DNA of 63,897 bases, filler included, from Trichomonas gallinae (taxonomy: Eukaryota), in NCBI GenBank assembly GCA_008369845.1. It is 5 parts of 5 records of this genome, joined end to end, with 100 filler letters (N's around TTAATTAATTAA, not from the genome) between each part and the next. Parts side by side here need not be neighbours in the genome. Positions count along the whole stretch, not along the records: positions 22,199 to 45,656 come from MRSU01000370.1; 4 more parts are not named here. One strand, 5' to 3'. Position numbers and translations under genes: made by a program. Below, in pieces: positions 24,671 to 35,714 of this stretch (within the stretch, counting starts at the first letter, position 1; the number at the start of each line of letters is the position of its first letter). Below the pieces are notes generated by a model. It ran no database searches, was not told the origin of the DNA, and saw only the letters and a list, made by a program, of their open reading frames with translations.

Positions 24671-24851
24671 CATTTTTATTATTTTGGTAAATTTTTTTAC
24701 GTGGCATTTTTGTTTGTTTACAATTTACATGGCATTTTTATTATTTTGGTAAATTTTATTTACGTGGCATTTTTGTTTGTTTACAATTTACATGGCATTT
24801 TTATTATTTTGGTAAATTTTATTTACGTGGCATTTTTATTATTACATGTCA
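24671..24851. repeat. 63-bp tandem repeat (about 2.7 copies) upstream of the Scc3 gene
   Basis: TTTACGTGGCA at 24696, 24759 and 24822; TTTACATGGCA at 24724 and 24787 (period 63). Confidence 0.9.
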
Positions 24852-24917
24852 GAAATGTTTGCGGCAATTTTCATGGTAAGAAAATTTTGGCGCCAAAAAT
24901 TAGAATCCATTTCATTA

Positions 24918-27587
24918 ATGCCTAAAAACGCATCTCCCAAGAGAGGAAGGAAGCCACGTCTCGAGGACATCGATCCAGACCTTTTACCATCGGATGTCAC
25001 ACATGTAGGACCACATGATCCATTGGTTGATTACTTCACATCTGAAAATCCAAAGGAAGTCTTAGAGAAGTGGGCAGATTTCTATGATAAACGTCCAAAA
25101 ATCGCTATTAGGGAGTTGATTTCCACAGTTATTTACATCGCAGGCGCAAAATACGAAGTCGAAGAAAAGCAAATTCTTAAATCACAATACGAATTGGTCA
25201 TGGGAGAAGTCGAAAAACTACTTGTTGACTCTGATGAACAAAGTGAGATTGCGAAAACATTAGCAAACACTTCATCAAAGGTCCATGATTTCTGGATTGA
25301 CCTCGGAAACTCATTAGTTGTCTGCAAAGGTCTATACAAAGATGAATTTGATACATTCAAATCATGGTGCTTCGCTTTCTGCGACTCTAAGATTCGTGTT
25401 TTACGTCAATCCGCAACTGTTTGTGTTTTGTCTTTGACTGAGTTCCTCGCTGATGCGATGAGCACAGCAGATGAGAGCATTGAGAAGCTCGAGAAGGCGT
25501 CAAACAAGTCACCTGTCAAACAGAGACAATTAAAAGATTTCCAAAACGAAAAGGCATCAGCGAAAGCTCTCATCATGGAGTTCTTTACTACAGTTATCAA
25601 GACAAGAATTCGTGATATCAACAATGAACTCAGAATTCTTTGCACAAGCGTGATTTATAAATTATCTTCAATTTGCCCTGAGGAATTCGGCGATGATAAC
25701 TTCATGAAATATATTGGCGCCGGCTTGCAAGATGAAAACTCGCGTGTTAAGAAAGAAGCACTTAAATTGGCCAAATTGTTATTAGAAAGAGCAGAAGATG
25801 AGTCTGAAACAAATAAAATCACTCCATTCTTCAAGAGAAATATTGGAAACATCATAACAATGTGTGATGATAATGACAATGGCTTAGTAATTCCAGCATT
25901 TGATTTATTATCTCAGTTAGCTTCAAAGAAGATGCTTAAAGATACAGAAAAAGTTGATGCTGTATTCAAAATAACAGGCGATGACAGTACAAACGTTCGC
26001 AATGCTGCAGCCAAATTCTTCAATCAAGTTTATTTCACATGTTCCAAGAAGAAAGGCTCCAAGCAAGAGGAGTATGAGAAACATATTCGCAAATTCGCTG
26101 AGCTAGCCGAAGAATTTTCACCAATTGCAATTCACAATTCCGTAGAGGCTCATTTCAAGCAGATGAAGGCACTCCAAGAGTTCGAGCTCATGGTACAGAT
26201 CATTCTTTCTGAAGACGAAGAAGACAATATTCCAATATTTGGACACATTTTAGCAGCTGCTGCAAAAGTTGCAGGAGAAAAGGAACATAAGTCTGTTGAC
26301 GACATGACATCTGCAATTATTGGTCATTTCTCTGGAATTATTGAAAAATTCGGAGAAAATACTGATTTAATTGCTGAGTTACTTGATTGTGCTCAATATT
26401 TCGATCTCAGCTCAATCGAAAAGGCTGCTGGTTCTAAGGTCTTCAAAGATTTCATGAAATCTTTCCATAATCTCTTCATGAAATCAGATTCCAATTTGAT
26501 TTTCACAAATATTGTTAAGTCTTTAGTAAGATGGTCAGATTCAGACAACCTCCCAGCGAAATTAAAGAAGGAAATCGTCAACGAACTAGCTTCACTCAAG
26601 AAGGAATTCAAGAATCCGAAGAAAAATGCAAAAAGATTTGCGAAGTTTTTGGCCATTGTAACATTTTACGATTTAAGCGAGGAGGAAGAAATCAGAGACA
26701 TGCTGAAGGAGAGCGTCGACACATGCGATGATGATGCTGCTGCAATTGCCCTCCAATGCCTCGAGTGCCTCTTCAAGTGGGATGTGAAACGAGTAAAAGA
26801 TGATGAAGATGCACGGATTGATTACACGCGTGAATTCAACAGTTTACTTTCATTATTCTCATTGAAGCTTCACAGTGACTCAGATGATGTCAGGTCAGCT
26901 GCTTTCAAGTGCCTCTCGACACTGATTTCTCTTGCTAGACTTGCAGGACAAAAACCAGTCGATGACACAACAGTTGCAATTTTCTTCAAGACCTTCCACG
27001 ACTTAGAACACAAGGAGGAGCTCATGCAATGGTTCACACGCCCTCTCACGTGCAACAGTGTCGACACTAAATACGCTGTCCACGTTCTCTGGTACCTGCA
27101 GGAAGGTTCTCTTAAAGGTGAAGTGAAGAACTTTATGACGAACGTTTCTGACATCTTCCCAGTCGACGGAACAGAACTTGGCGGCCTCGTGAGGAAACTT
27201 GAATACAACGAAAAGGATCTCAAAGCTGCAATGAAGATAATCGCTAAGAAGGTGACACCACGCGGCGCAATCGATTCCTGGCTTGATGAGCCAGATGACT
27301 CCCTTCTTCCGATTTATGCTCCAATACTTGAAATCATTGATAAGAATGACGCGGAGTTGCTCGAAGACAGAGATGGAATCACTCCAAAGACTAAAGATGT
27401 GCTTAACAAACGTGCACGCGGAAAGAAACTCACGGCAAGTGATTTCGCTGTCGAAAAGAAGAAATCTAAGTCTTCAACAACAACAACAACTACAACATCT
27501 GAAGGTTCTTCATCATCATCTTCGTCAACTTCATCTTCATCGTCGTCTGAGAAGTCTTCTGAATCAGAAGATGAAAGTTCAGAGTAA
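24918..27587 (+). CDS. SCC3: Cohesin subunit Scc3/STAG (stromalin) homolog
   Basis: STAG-like KIRVLRQSAT and SCD-like FTTVIKTRIRDINNELRILC, MKYIGAGLQD; HEAT-like body; S/T/E-rich tail; likely ATG at 24918 after TCATT (in-frame ATGs at 24846 and 24873 also exist). Confidence 0.85.
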   Translation: MPKNASPKRGRKPRLEDIDPDLLPSDVTHVGPHDPLVDYFTSENPKEVLEKWADFYDKRPKIAIRELISTVIYIAGAKYEVEEKQILKSQYELVMGEVEKLLVDSDEQSEIAKTLANTSSKVHDFWIDLGNSLVVCKGLYKDEFDTFKSWCFAFCDSKIRVLRQSATVCVLSLTEFLADAMSTADESIEKLEKASNKSPVKQRQLKDFQNEKASAKALIMEFFTTVIKTRIRDINNELRILCTSVIYKLSSICPEEFGDDNFMKYIGAGLQDENSRVKKEALKLAKLLLERAEDESETNKITPFFKRNIGNIITMCDDNDNGLVIPAFDLLSQLASKKMLKDTEKVDAVFKITGDDSTNVRNAAAKFFNQVYFTCSKKKGSKQEEYEKHIRKFAELAEEFSPIAIHNSVEAHFKQMKALQEFELMVQIILSEDEEDNIPIFGHILAAAAKVAGEKEHKSVDDMTSAIIGHFSGIIEKFGENTDLIAELLDCAQYFDLSSIEKAAGSKVFKDFMKSFHNLFMKSDSNLIFTNIVKSLVRWSDSDNLPAKLKKEIVNELASLKKEFKNPKKNAKRFAKFLAIVTFYDLSEEEEIRDMLKESVDTCDDDAAAIALQCLECLFKWDVKRVKDDEDARIDYTREFNSLLSLFSLKLHSDSDDVRSAAFKCLSTLISLARLAGQKPVDDTTVAIFFKTFHDLEHKEELMQWFTRPLTCNSVDTKYAVHVLWYLQEGSLKGEVKNFMTNVSDIFPVDGTELGGLVRKLEYNEKDLKAAMKIIAKKVTPRGAIDSWLDEPDDSLLPIYAPILEIIDKNDAELLEDRDGITPKTKDVLNKRARGKKLTASDFAVEKKKSKSSTTTTTTTSEGSSSSSSSTSSSSSSEKSSESEDESSE

Positions 27588-27760
27588 TATTTTTATTTGA
27601 TTTGTCAAGAATTGAACTAAATATAATGTAATTTTCTAATTTTTATTATATATAAACAAATGCGAATTTATATGATCATATTGTCGAATCCATTAAAATT
27701 ATTTTGAATTTGTGATCCATAATATATTACTAATTTCGTCATTAAATATAACAAATGTTC

Positions 27761-28075
27761 TCATTCAGCGTCTTCATCGAGTTCAAGCTGAGGAGAAATA
27801 ACTTGTGGTGGATAGACATCTGGTTTTGGACGAATATGCAAAATATTGTTGCATCGTAAGACAATATCGCCCATTACACCTTCAGTCTTGCCATTTACGT
27901 ACTCTGATGTCTCTGCTAAATGGATATTCATTCTCTCGTCAAACGAAATAAGAGTTCCAACATATTCAATGTTCTCCCACTTGAGTTTAATAACGATTTC
28001 TTTGTTTAGTAGAGAGTCCATGAATTTCTGTGGGTAAAACTTTGGTGCATCCATAAGTCTAAATAATTTTGACAT
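27761..28075 (-). CDS. SNRPF: Small nuclear ribonucleoprotein SmF
   Basis: IKLKW, YVGTLISFDERMNIHL, LRCNNILHI; the start may be the ATG at 28054. Confidence 0.85.
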   Translation of the reverse strand: MSKLFRLMDAPKFYPQKFMDSLLNKEIVIKLKWENIEYVGTLISFDERMNIHLAETSEYVNGKTEGVMGDIVLRCNNILHIRPKPDVYPPQVISPQLELDEDAE

Positions 28076-28314
28076 TCATCTTTTGACTTTTTAAAAATTT
28101 ACGTGTCAGATTACACACTTTTTTGAAATTTTACAATTTACATGTCAAAATATATAGTTTTTTTACACTTATATGGATTTACTTGTACATATGAATTCAA
28201 ATGCGTATGATAAAATAATTGAAGTTGAATTACTAGCAAAATTCAAAAAAAATTAATTTTTTATGATCATCAAGAAGTAATATAGATATCTTAAAGAAGC
28301 TTTCTAGGAATAGT

Positions 28315-29220
28315 TTAAAGAAGACCAGCATCTTCCTCCTCGCCATCGTCTTCGCCTTTGATGATTTTCATAATATCTGTATGGACCTCTGTATGCCAGC
28401 GGTCAAGGCGCTTGATAGCATCATAGTTGGCAACAGCTGTAGCACGAGCCTCGTTATCCTTGTTCTTGTAAGCTTCGAATAATTCTGTGAGCATAATAGC
28501 TTCACGGGAGCGTTCGAAGCCTGGAGCAGCATTAACGAACTCATCGTACATCTTCTGTGAGCCAATGAGGTCGCCTGCAGCGAGCTGGCAAAGGCAGCAC
28601 TTTTCCATGTACTCTGTAGCAGCGAGCTGTGTAAGACGATCGCTGAGACGGATCTCTGCAACCTCCTTGTAGATCTTTGCAGCTTCAACGTAAGCCTTCT
28701 GCTCGGAGCGGATATCAGCCATGGCTGTAAGGTGCTGGCAGGCACTACTTTGCTGGTTCTCATCTTTGTAGATCTGGACGGCATCCTGGAAAGCGTTGAA
28801 AGCTTCATTGTAGTTCTTATCTTCCAAGAAAACTTTGCCAGCTTCGACAAGAAGCTTAGCTGCCTGTGTATGCTTGTTGTTTTCACGATAGACCATTGTA
28901 GCACTTCTAAACATTTCTAATGCTTCGGAATTATTATGATCCTTGATGAAAGCTTGAGCGGCCTCCTGGTACAAGCTAGCAGCTGTAATTGGCTCTTTGC
29001 TCTCGAAGTAGCAGTAAGCGGCTCTCTTGTATGCTTCAGCAGCCCTTGCGAAATCACGAATTGTCTTGTAGCGATTTGCAGATTGTTGATAAAGCCCTGC
29101 AGCTTTCCCGAATCTACTATCTTTGCTGCTGAATAAAGAAAACTTTTTGTTCTGAAGAGCCTCTGCTTCATTGAAATCTTTATCAGCTCTGGCCTTTGCG
29201 TCTGCAGATGTGATTGACAT
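28315..29220 (-). CDS. Alpha-soluble NSF attachment protein (alpha-SNAP/Sec17)
   Basis: TPR-like helices; AAGLYQQSANRYK, PGFERSRE, AVANYDAIKRLDRW; acidic C-terminus ending in LL. Confidence 0.9.
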   Translation of the reverse strand: MSITSADAKARADKDFNEAEALQNKKFSLFSSKDSRFGKAAGLYQQSANRYKTIRDFARAAEAYKRAAYCYFESKEPITAASLYQEAAQAFIKDHNNSEALEMFRSATMVYRENNKHTQAAKLLVEAGKVFLEDKNYNEAFNAFQDAVQIYKDENQQSSACQHLTAMADIRSEQKAYVEAAKIYKEVAEIRLSDRLTQLAATEYMEKCCLCQLAAGDLIGSQKMYDEFVNAAPGFERSREAIMLTELFEAYKNKDNEARATAVANYDAIKRLDRWHTEVHTDIMKIIKGEDDGEEEDAGLL

Positions 29221-29663
29221 CCCAAAGAAAAATCTAGCGTAAAAACTGACAATGTTTCGAACGATTATTAATAAGGTTAATTTTGAAATTTGACATATGA
29301 CACTTTACAGTGTCAAAGCTGTCCTAACATATGCATTTGACTGCTGAGAATGAAATTTCCTAATAGAAATGATATATTAAAGGCACAGGCTTTAATAGGA
29401 AGTTCACTTCAAGTGCATTTTAAAAAACTGAAGAAGAGAAAAAAAAAAAGAACGTTTATATACTGGGAAAATATGATATGTTGAAATCATAGTTCTGTAA
29501 ATATTACAGGAATGATAAAATCTGTGATATATCTATGGAATATTTCATTCTTAATAAGAAGCTGTAGATGTATATACTGTGAAAATGTCATAAGCTGTAA
29601 TCATAGTTCTGTAAATAATACAAGAAGAATAAAATTTTTGAAATTGGATGAAATTTTTGATTA

Positions 29664-30008
29664 TTATTGTTTGAAAAATAGTTTTGGAGGTCGTTTTTTC
29701 TCATCTCGTTGACGTTTCAATATTTGGCAAAGATATTTGATAGCCTCATGATAATTATTTGTTTTTTGTGTCGCGCTTGATTCTTTATTATCCTTTGCTT
29801 TCTGTTTTAATTCATTAATTAAATCATTGTAATTTTTTTGATGTTGTCCTGATTTATTTAAATATTCTGATTCTGAATGATATAATTCATTTTTTAAATT
29901 GGTAAGGTCATCATTATTGCATCTTTTTGCAATATAAGCTGTAGCTCTCTCTTTGAATGTATTAACTTCATCTGCTTGTATTTCTTTAGTAGTAAGATCT
30001 AAACTCAT
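29664..30008 (-). CDS. Small protein, possible Eaf6/MEAF6-like
   Basis: 114 aa; LTNLKNELYHSESEYL resembles the Eaf6 core LANLERQIYAFEGSYL. Confidence 0.45.
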   Translation of the reverse strand: MSLDLTTKEIQADEVNTFKERATAYIAKRCNNDDLTNLKNELYHSESEYLNKSGQHQKNYNDLINELKQKAKDNKESSATQKTNNYHEAIKYLCQILKRQRDEKKRPPKLFFKQ

Positions 30009-30279
30009 CTAAAAAAAAAATGGAAAAATTATCAAAAAGAAAATCTCTGACATATTAAATATTTACATGTCAAAACAATGATTATATCTTATTTCATGTC
30101 ATTACATATTATAATATTCGCGTCATTTGGTCATATAGCATTACATGACTTAAAATACGGAATTCTATATCAAAAACATATCAAAATTCTTCTCTATTAC
30201 ATATGATACATGTAATAAGATATAATGCATATATAGTATTTATTTACAAAACAACAAACATAAAATATTTATAATATCA

Positions 30280-31812
30280 TTAAACTGAATAAAGAGGCTG
30301 TAATTTTCTAAGGTTCTTTGTAGCTACTGCATAACTTCGCGTATTTTCGTTCTTTCTCAGATTTGGTGTTGGTTTAGAGATCTTTTTCGTCTGCATAACA
30401 GTAATCTTCTTCGGATGATTATTTTTCGCTGTGTTTAACGGCTCTAGGGCTTTGTACTCTTCTTCAAATGACTTAGAATTGAGAATAGCTTTAATATCTT
30501 TTGGATCCATCTGCTGTGTATAATTTCCAACTGTTTTCCTATCTGTTACAGGAGAAGGGTGGAGCCTGAGTAAAGTAGCCATTGGAACTTTCTGCGTAGC
30601 GACTAAAAATCCCCCAACATCGCTGAGAACTGATCTGAGCCAAAGAATCTCAGTATTATACAAAGTAATGTATAGATCTAGTATGGATTTTGCTCTGCGA
30701 AGATAACGTCCATTGCTGATGGCTGCAGCAACAAAGTTTGCTGATTTTCTCAAATATCCAGAAATCCAAGGAAAATCTCCTGTGTAATTGAACACATCAC
30801 CAAGCACTGATTGACTGACTTTTGAAAATGCCTTGCTTGTCGTTGAAATTTGCAATAATGTTTGAACAGCAGGCGTAACTCTTCTACGATCGGTATATTT
30901 GATAGCTTCTACAGCAAGAACAAAGTCATCTGCTGAATTTGCTGAATTCAAAAACGTTGAAACAGCATTCATTCTAATTTCATCATTTTGTATGATTTTG
31001 AACAACTTCGTCATGCTATATGTAATTATTGATGGTGAACGACGAACAGACAATATGTATCTTGAGACAAGAGCCGAATAATTATTCGAAGAAAAAGCAT
31101 GGGTTAATCTATCAAGAAGAGTGAGACAACAGTTCGAAGCGTAATATGCAAAAGTTCCTTTATCCGAATTTATGAACGAAAGTAGTCTCTTAAAGAATTG
31201 CGCGAATTTTTCAGTGAAGTCAGATATGTGACCTGGCTTTGATATGAAAAGGTCAGTAACTAATTGCATTATTGTGATTGCTAAGGTTGTTTGGCGATAA
31301 TCTGGTCGAGGAATATTGATTTTAAGCATAGGAAGCCATTTGTCAATTGCAATATCGATAGACCCTGATGAATTCATAAATTCTATCCAAAGCCTATGTT
31401 CAGATGTTGACAATTGAAAGAGTAAATCGAAATAATCTAATGTATCATTGATATATGAAGGAAGGTACCATAAAATAATGTCGGAATTAGATTCTGATGG
31501 CAATAATTCGAGGAATCGTATTGCTATTTGTGGTGAAGAGAATGTTAATGTATTCCTCAAACGATAGAGTTGTTGAATGAAACTCTTAAATTGCAAAAAA
31601 GGACATGGTAAGGTCTCTCCTGTAAGAGATTCTATAATTCTTTGTGCCTTTCTCCAGAATTGATCACTATTTTGAATCGAATTTAGATAAACTAGCATCG
31701 GCGGAAAATACTCCTCCCAGAAACGCTCGGATCTGATATGCTCTGGTAGTCTGTCACCGGCGTTCCGCCCTTCCGGTGGGAAATAACTCTCCCACCATTG
31801 TTGCGCGGTCAT
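30280..31812 (-). CDS. Hypothetical helical-repeat protein
   Basis: 510-aa ORF with a duplicated WExYFPP motif at the N-terminus and a basic tail. Confidence 0.8.
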   Translation of the reverse strand: MTAQQWWESYFPPEGRNAGDRLPEHIRSERFWEEYFPPMLVYLNSIQNSDQFWRKAQRIIESLTGETLPCPFLQFKSFIQQLYRLRNTLTFSSPQIAIRFLELLPSESNSDIILWYLPSYINDTLDYFDLLFQLSTSEHRLWIEFMNSSGSIDIAIDKWLPMLKINIPRPDYRQTTLAITIMQLVTDLFISKPGHISDFTEKFAQFFKRLLSFINSDKGTFAYYASNCCLTLLDRLTHAFSSNNYSALVSRYILSVRRSPSIITYSMTKLFKIIQNDEIRMNAVSTFLNSANSADDFVLAVEAIKYTDRRRVTPAVQTLLQISTTSKAFSKVSQSVLGDVFNYTGDFPWISGYLRKSANFVAAAISNGRYLRRAKSILDLYITLYNTEILWLRSVLSDVGGFLVATQKVPMATLLRLHPSPVTDRKTVGNYTQQMDPKDIKAILNSKSFEEEYKALEPLNTAKNNHPKKITVMQTKKISKPTPNLRKNENTRSYAVATKNLRKLQPLYSV

Positions 31813-32528
31813 GAAAAAAAAACTAAAAATTTTGCGTATAATAAAGTCTATCGGTTATGGCTGCAAAAATGAAATAAATTTTTTTGATGGGATGTAAGAA
31901 AAATAAATAACGATTATTTTTGAAAGAAAATGACAATTACGAACGATTATTTTCCCTTCAAAATTCAATGCTATTTAAAATATATATCATCATAATCGTT
32001 ATATTATTACTTTTACAACATTTTCATTTGTGCTTTCACGCCCGTATTTTTTGAAAACTGAAAATCTTCAATATATTGTCTATATCATTAATATAATAAT
32101 ATTGTTTCTTATAATTTTTTGATTGTTTACATTTTTTCATCGTTTTTTAGGAAAAATTAAAAAATCACTACAATGTCTTAGGATTTTGATATTATTTATA
32201 ATCAAAACTAATTTATAATATTTTGACACTTGTTGGATATAGTTCTTTTTTCATAAATCATAGCTATTTCTTGCAAAAATTTTGAATTGCAACCAAAAAT
32301 TAATTGTTATCTTAAAAATAGGAATAATTTATGATGGTCACTGCGAATAACTATCGAAATTTGATATATCAGTTTAATTAGGATAGAAACAATTAATATT
32401 TTTAAAATTATTCGTTCAAAATTCACCTAAAATCTTTGTAATCAATATGATTCTATTTAACACATGAATTTAGACATGATGTTGTTGTGAAAAAGCAGGT
32501 TTAAGATGATAAAATTAACAAATATACT

Positions 32529-34355
32529 TTATTCTTTAATTTTGTCATGGTTTGCGTCGATTTTCTTCTTCGCCTGAAGCCATAAGTCAAGGGTCTCTTT
32601 GTCATCCATATATATTTCAGTGAACAAAGGATAATTGAAAGTATGGAGGGCGCATTTAGTCGATGTTATGGTTGCCATGAGTTTTGCGAGATCTTTGAAT
32701 ATGCTGATTGTATCTTGATTAAGTTTCGGATCTGGGCTCTTATATGTTTGCAACAATGTAGTTGAAATGTCTATAATTTGTATGGCTTTGTTCTTCTGTA
32801 GAGCGCCACAGACAACTAAAACGTCTGCTGGAGTAATGTCGCCTTCCAAATAAAACTCAACAACTCCTGATTGGAAGAATTGTTTCGCGCTTTCCATGCA
32901 TTTGTGCTGATAACTCTCTGATTTTTCGCTAGAAGAGAGGCCAATCGTGATATTTTTCACTTTGTTCTTGTTGGTATTCAAGAAATCGAAGAATTGTGCA
33001 AATTGTTCTTCAGAGAATCTACTTTCATGCATAGTTATCTCTGAGAACAAAGCACCTCCTTCTATGGCTTTCATCAAGCCATTTAACGTAAACGATGTGT
33101 ATGAATTTTCGTTTAATGACATAGTAATAGCTTCAATTTTAGTTTTAGCGAGTGAAGCTAAAGAAATTTCGATACCTTTGGAGTCTGATTCTTTCTCCAT
33201 GGATATATCGAATTTTGTAATTGGTCCTTTTGGTGATTGGATATTTGCAATAATTTCACCGAGAGCATCTGATTCTGTCGTGTTTAAATCGCATGTAATT
33301 GAAAGTTCATCGCTTGGACCGTCAATGTGAAAGTCTGGGAAGTGTAAAACGTAGAAATCTCCAGTTTTATAAAAATCTTGAAGCGTAAGAGTGATATTAT
33401 GGTCTAAATTTGAAAGGCTTATCATCAGTTTCTTGATTTGCGCTGTATTTAGATATCCAAGGCGAATGTCTTCGATTGATTTCGATTGTAATAAAAATTG
33501 TAGCAAAAGATTAAAGTATTCATCCTTTGAAAATACCGAATCTCTGATTTTTGGCCAGGCTACAGGTATATATTTGTAATCTAAGCCATCCATTATAAAA
33601 GTTGATATTTTTGTATTAATTATTTCAGTTAAAAGGCTAGAAATGAATTGTTCTTCTACCTTGCATCCACTTATAGCAAGACCCGTAAGATTTTCTGTTG
33701 TTTTCAAACATTTAATCAAATTCGGAATAGGTAATACGTTATATGAAATATCAAGAAACTGCATTTGTGGCGATCTGGAAACTGATTCTAAAATAGAGCT
33801 AATTCCATCTTCCCAAATCATGTTGTCTGCAATTTCTAAAGAGATTAAATTTGTATTTGGTAAAACTTTTGCAATTTCGACGGCACCAATATCGTACATG
33901 GAATTACTTTCTAATCTTAGGTATTTTAATTCTGTTGCTTGCGGTAAAACTTCAGCCAATGTCGTTATCGCTCTTTGATTTAGATCACAACCGCACAAAC
34001 TCAAAACTTGTATGCGTGAGTTTGATGCTAATGTTGTTGAGAGCTTTTGTATCGATTCTTCTTTGAGAATTAAATTGTCTGCGTAAAATTCGATTATTGA
34101 AGTATTTGCTATTGAAGAAAAAAGCATACTAGCTTCTGAAACGGACATTCTAGTATCAGATACATCGAGTGATAACAGTTTACAATCCGGAGACTGAAGA
34201 AATTCATGTAAGATTTTCCAACATTCTTTATCTATATGACAAGAAGACAAATTCAGTCTTGTTATGTTATGATTTAGTCGTGCATCAAGTTTGTCTTTCA
34301 AAACTTGTGACCAATATGATTGGTTCGAAAAATCGAGAATGTTTTCTTCAGACAT
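32529..34355 (-). CDS. RNI-like leucine-rich repeat protein
   Basis: ITRLNLSSC, LLSLDVSDT, LKYLRLESNSMYDIGA, LISLEIADNMIWEDG, MQFLDISYN. Confidence 0.9.
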   Translation of the reverse strand: MSEENILDFSNQSYWSQVLKDKLDARLNHNITRLNLSSCHIDKECWKILHEFLQSPDCKLLSLDVSDTRMSVSEASMLFSSIANTSIIEFYADNLILKEESIQKLSTTLASNSRIQVLSLCGCDLNQRAITTLAEVLPQATELKYLRLESNSMYDIGAVEIAKVLPNTNLISLEIADNMIWEDGISSILESVSRSPQMQFLDISYNVLPIPNLIKCLKTTENLTGLAISGCKVEEQFISSLLTEIINTKISTFIMDGLDYKYIPVAWPKIRDSVFSKDEYFNLLLQFLLQSKSIEDIRLGYLNTAQIKKLMISLSNLDHNITLTLQDFYKTGDFYVLHFPDFHIDGPSDELSITCDLNTTESDALGEIIANIQSPKGPITKFDISMEKESDSKGIEISLASLAKTKIEAITMSLNENSYTSFTLNGLMKAIEGGALFSEITMHESRFSEEQFAQFFDFLNTNKNKVKNITIGLSSSEKSESYQHKCMESAKQFFQSGVVEFYLEGDITPADVLVVCGALQKNKAIQIIDISTTLLQTYKSPDPKLNQDTISIFKDLAKLMATITSTKCALHTFNYPLFTEIYMDDKETLDLWLQAKKKIDANHDKIKE

Positions 34356-35111
34356 GATTTTTTTGACAAATATTCATTTTACATGACAGAAATTCAAAAT
34401 TAATTTTTACATGTAAATATTTTACATGACAAAAAAAAAAAAAAAAAATCAAAAGATTTGCGGATTAAAACAAGGATCAATATATACCAAATCGAATTAA
34501 CATTCTTTAATGAATGCAAAGACACCACATATAGACTTTATAAACATAGTAATGACAACTATTAAATCAACAAATTCCTGTTCTTTCATGATGAAAAATG
34601 ATTTTTTTTGATAGTGATACAAAAATGAATGTCACTTTTCATTTTTTAAGCATCTATGATATGTACTGAAGTTGCCATTGTTTAGAATGACGTTCACATC
34701 CTTCGATTAATATCAAAAATAAGGGCAAAATTTTACGAACACACCCACAACATTTTCCCGAATTAACAAATAAAACTCATAAATTAAACGTTTATTTCCG
34801 GCATCTTTCGCGACATCCATTAACACATTTTTCCGCAATAAAATCAGGGATTTCACTTTTGCTATTTTTTCCCAAGTTCTCACAATTAATTAAAACGCTG
34901 ATCTGATCAATCAATCATCTCCACGCAGCCTATTAGATGAAATTAAACACATTGTTAGAACTCTCTTTTTTCCTGTGTCAGAATCTTGAGAATTTCAAGG
35001 GATCATTTGGGGAAAAATAAAACTACAGCTAAAAACAATAATAGGAAACTTGTTATTTTTTATTTTGGTCACTCAAAATTTTTTTTTTACAAATCATTTT
35101 TGAACAAAAAA

Positions 35112-35441
35112 ATGAATATGAAAGCAATTCTTGCTAAAAGAGAAGCAATGAGAAATGAATGGGGAGAACAAGCAAACCAATGCGAATGGGTCGGTGATAT
35201 TACGATGGAAGACCTCATGAAGCACAGATCTGCAGAATCTTGCTGGTGTGCAATTCGTGGTGATGTTTATGACATGACGCAATATCTCCACAAGCATCCA
35301 GGAGGTGCACAGGCTATAATTCAAAAGCCAGATCTTACACAGGTCTTCAAGACATTTCATAAACATATTAAAACAGATTTCCTTCACAAATTGAAGATAG
35401 GAAGACTTGTAGGAAGTGATGGTCAGGCTGTTCAAGAATAA
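35112..35441 (+). CDS. Soluble cytochrome b5-like heme-binding protein
   Basis: HRSAESCW, GDVYDMTQYLHKHPGG, DLTQVFKTFH, LKIGRL; no TM anchor. Confidence 0.9.
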   Translation: MNMKAILAKREAMRNEWGEQANQCEWVGDITMEDLMKHRSAESCWCAIRGDVYDMTQYLHKHPGGAQAIIQKPDLTQVFKTFHKHIKTDFLHKLKIGRLVGSDGQAVQE

Positions 35442-35714
35442 ATGTTTCAACTTATATTAGATTTAAATTTTGGCAAGTTTACTATTCGCTTACCAGGGTC
35501 AAATTAGTATAAATTTCGAATAAGCTTTTATTTCTCTATAGAAATTTTCCTATTTTTATCAGATAATAAAAAAAATATTGTTTCTCCGAATATTTGTCCG
35601 ATAAAAATAGATTTGCCTGATTTACCTAAAAACTATTTCCCTGGTGATGAAATAACTATTCAATAGATATTTAAAAGGATATTGATATTGCACTTAAAAC
35701 GTAAAACTGTTACT

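Noticed and set aside
24701..24925. 74-aa ORF with a 21-aa repeat, and a CRISPR-like appearance
   Set aside because: Translation of a 63-bp tandem repeat; no unique spacers and no cas genes; eukaryotic context
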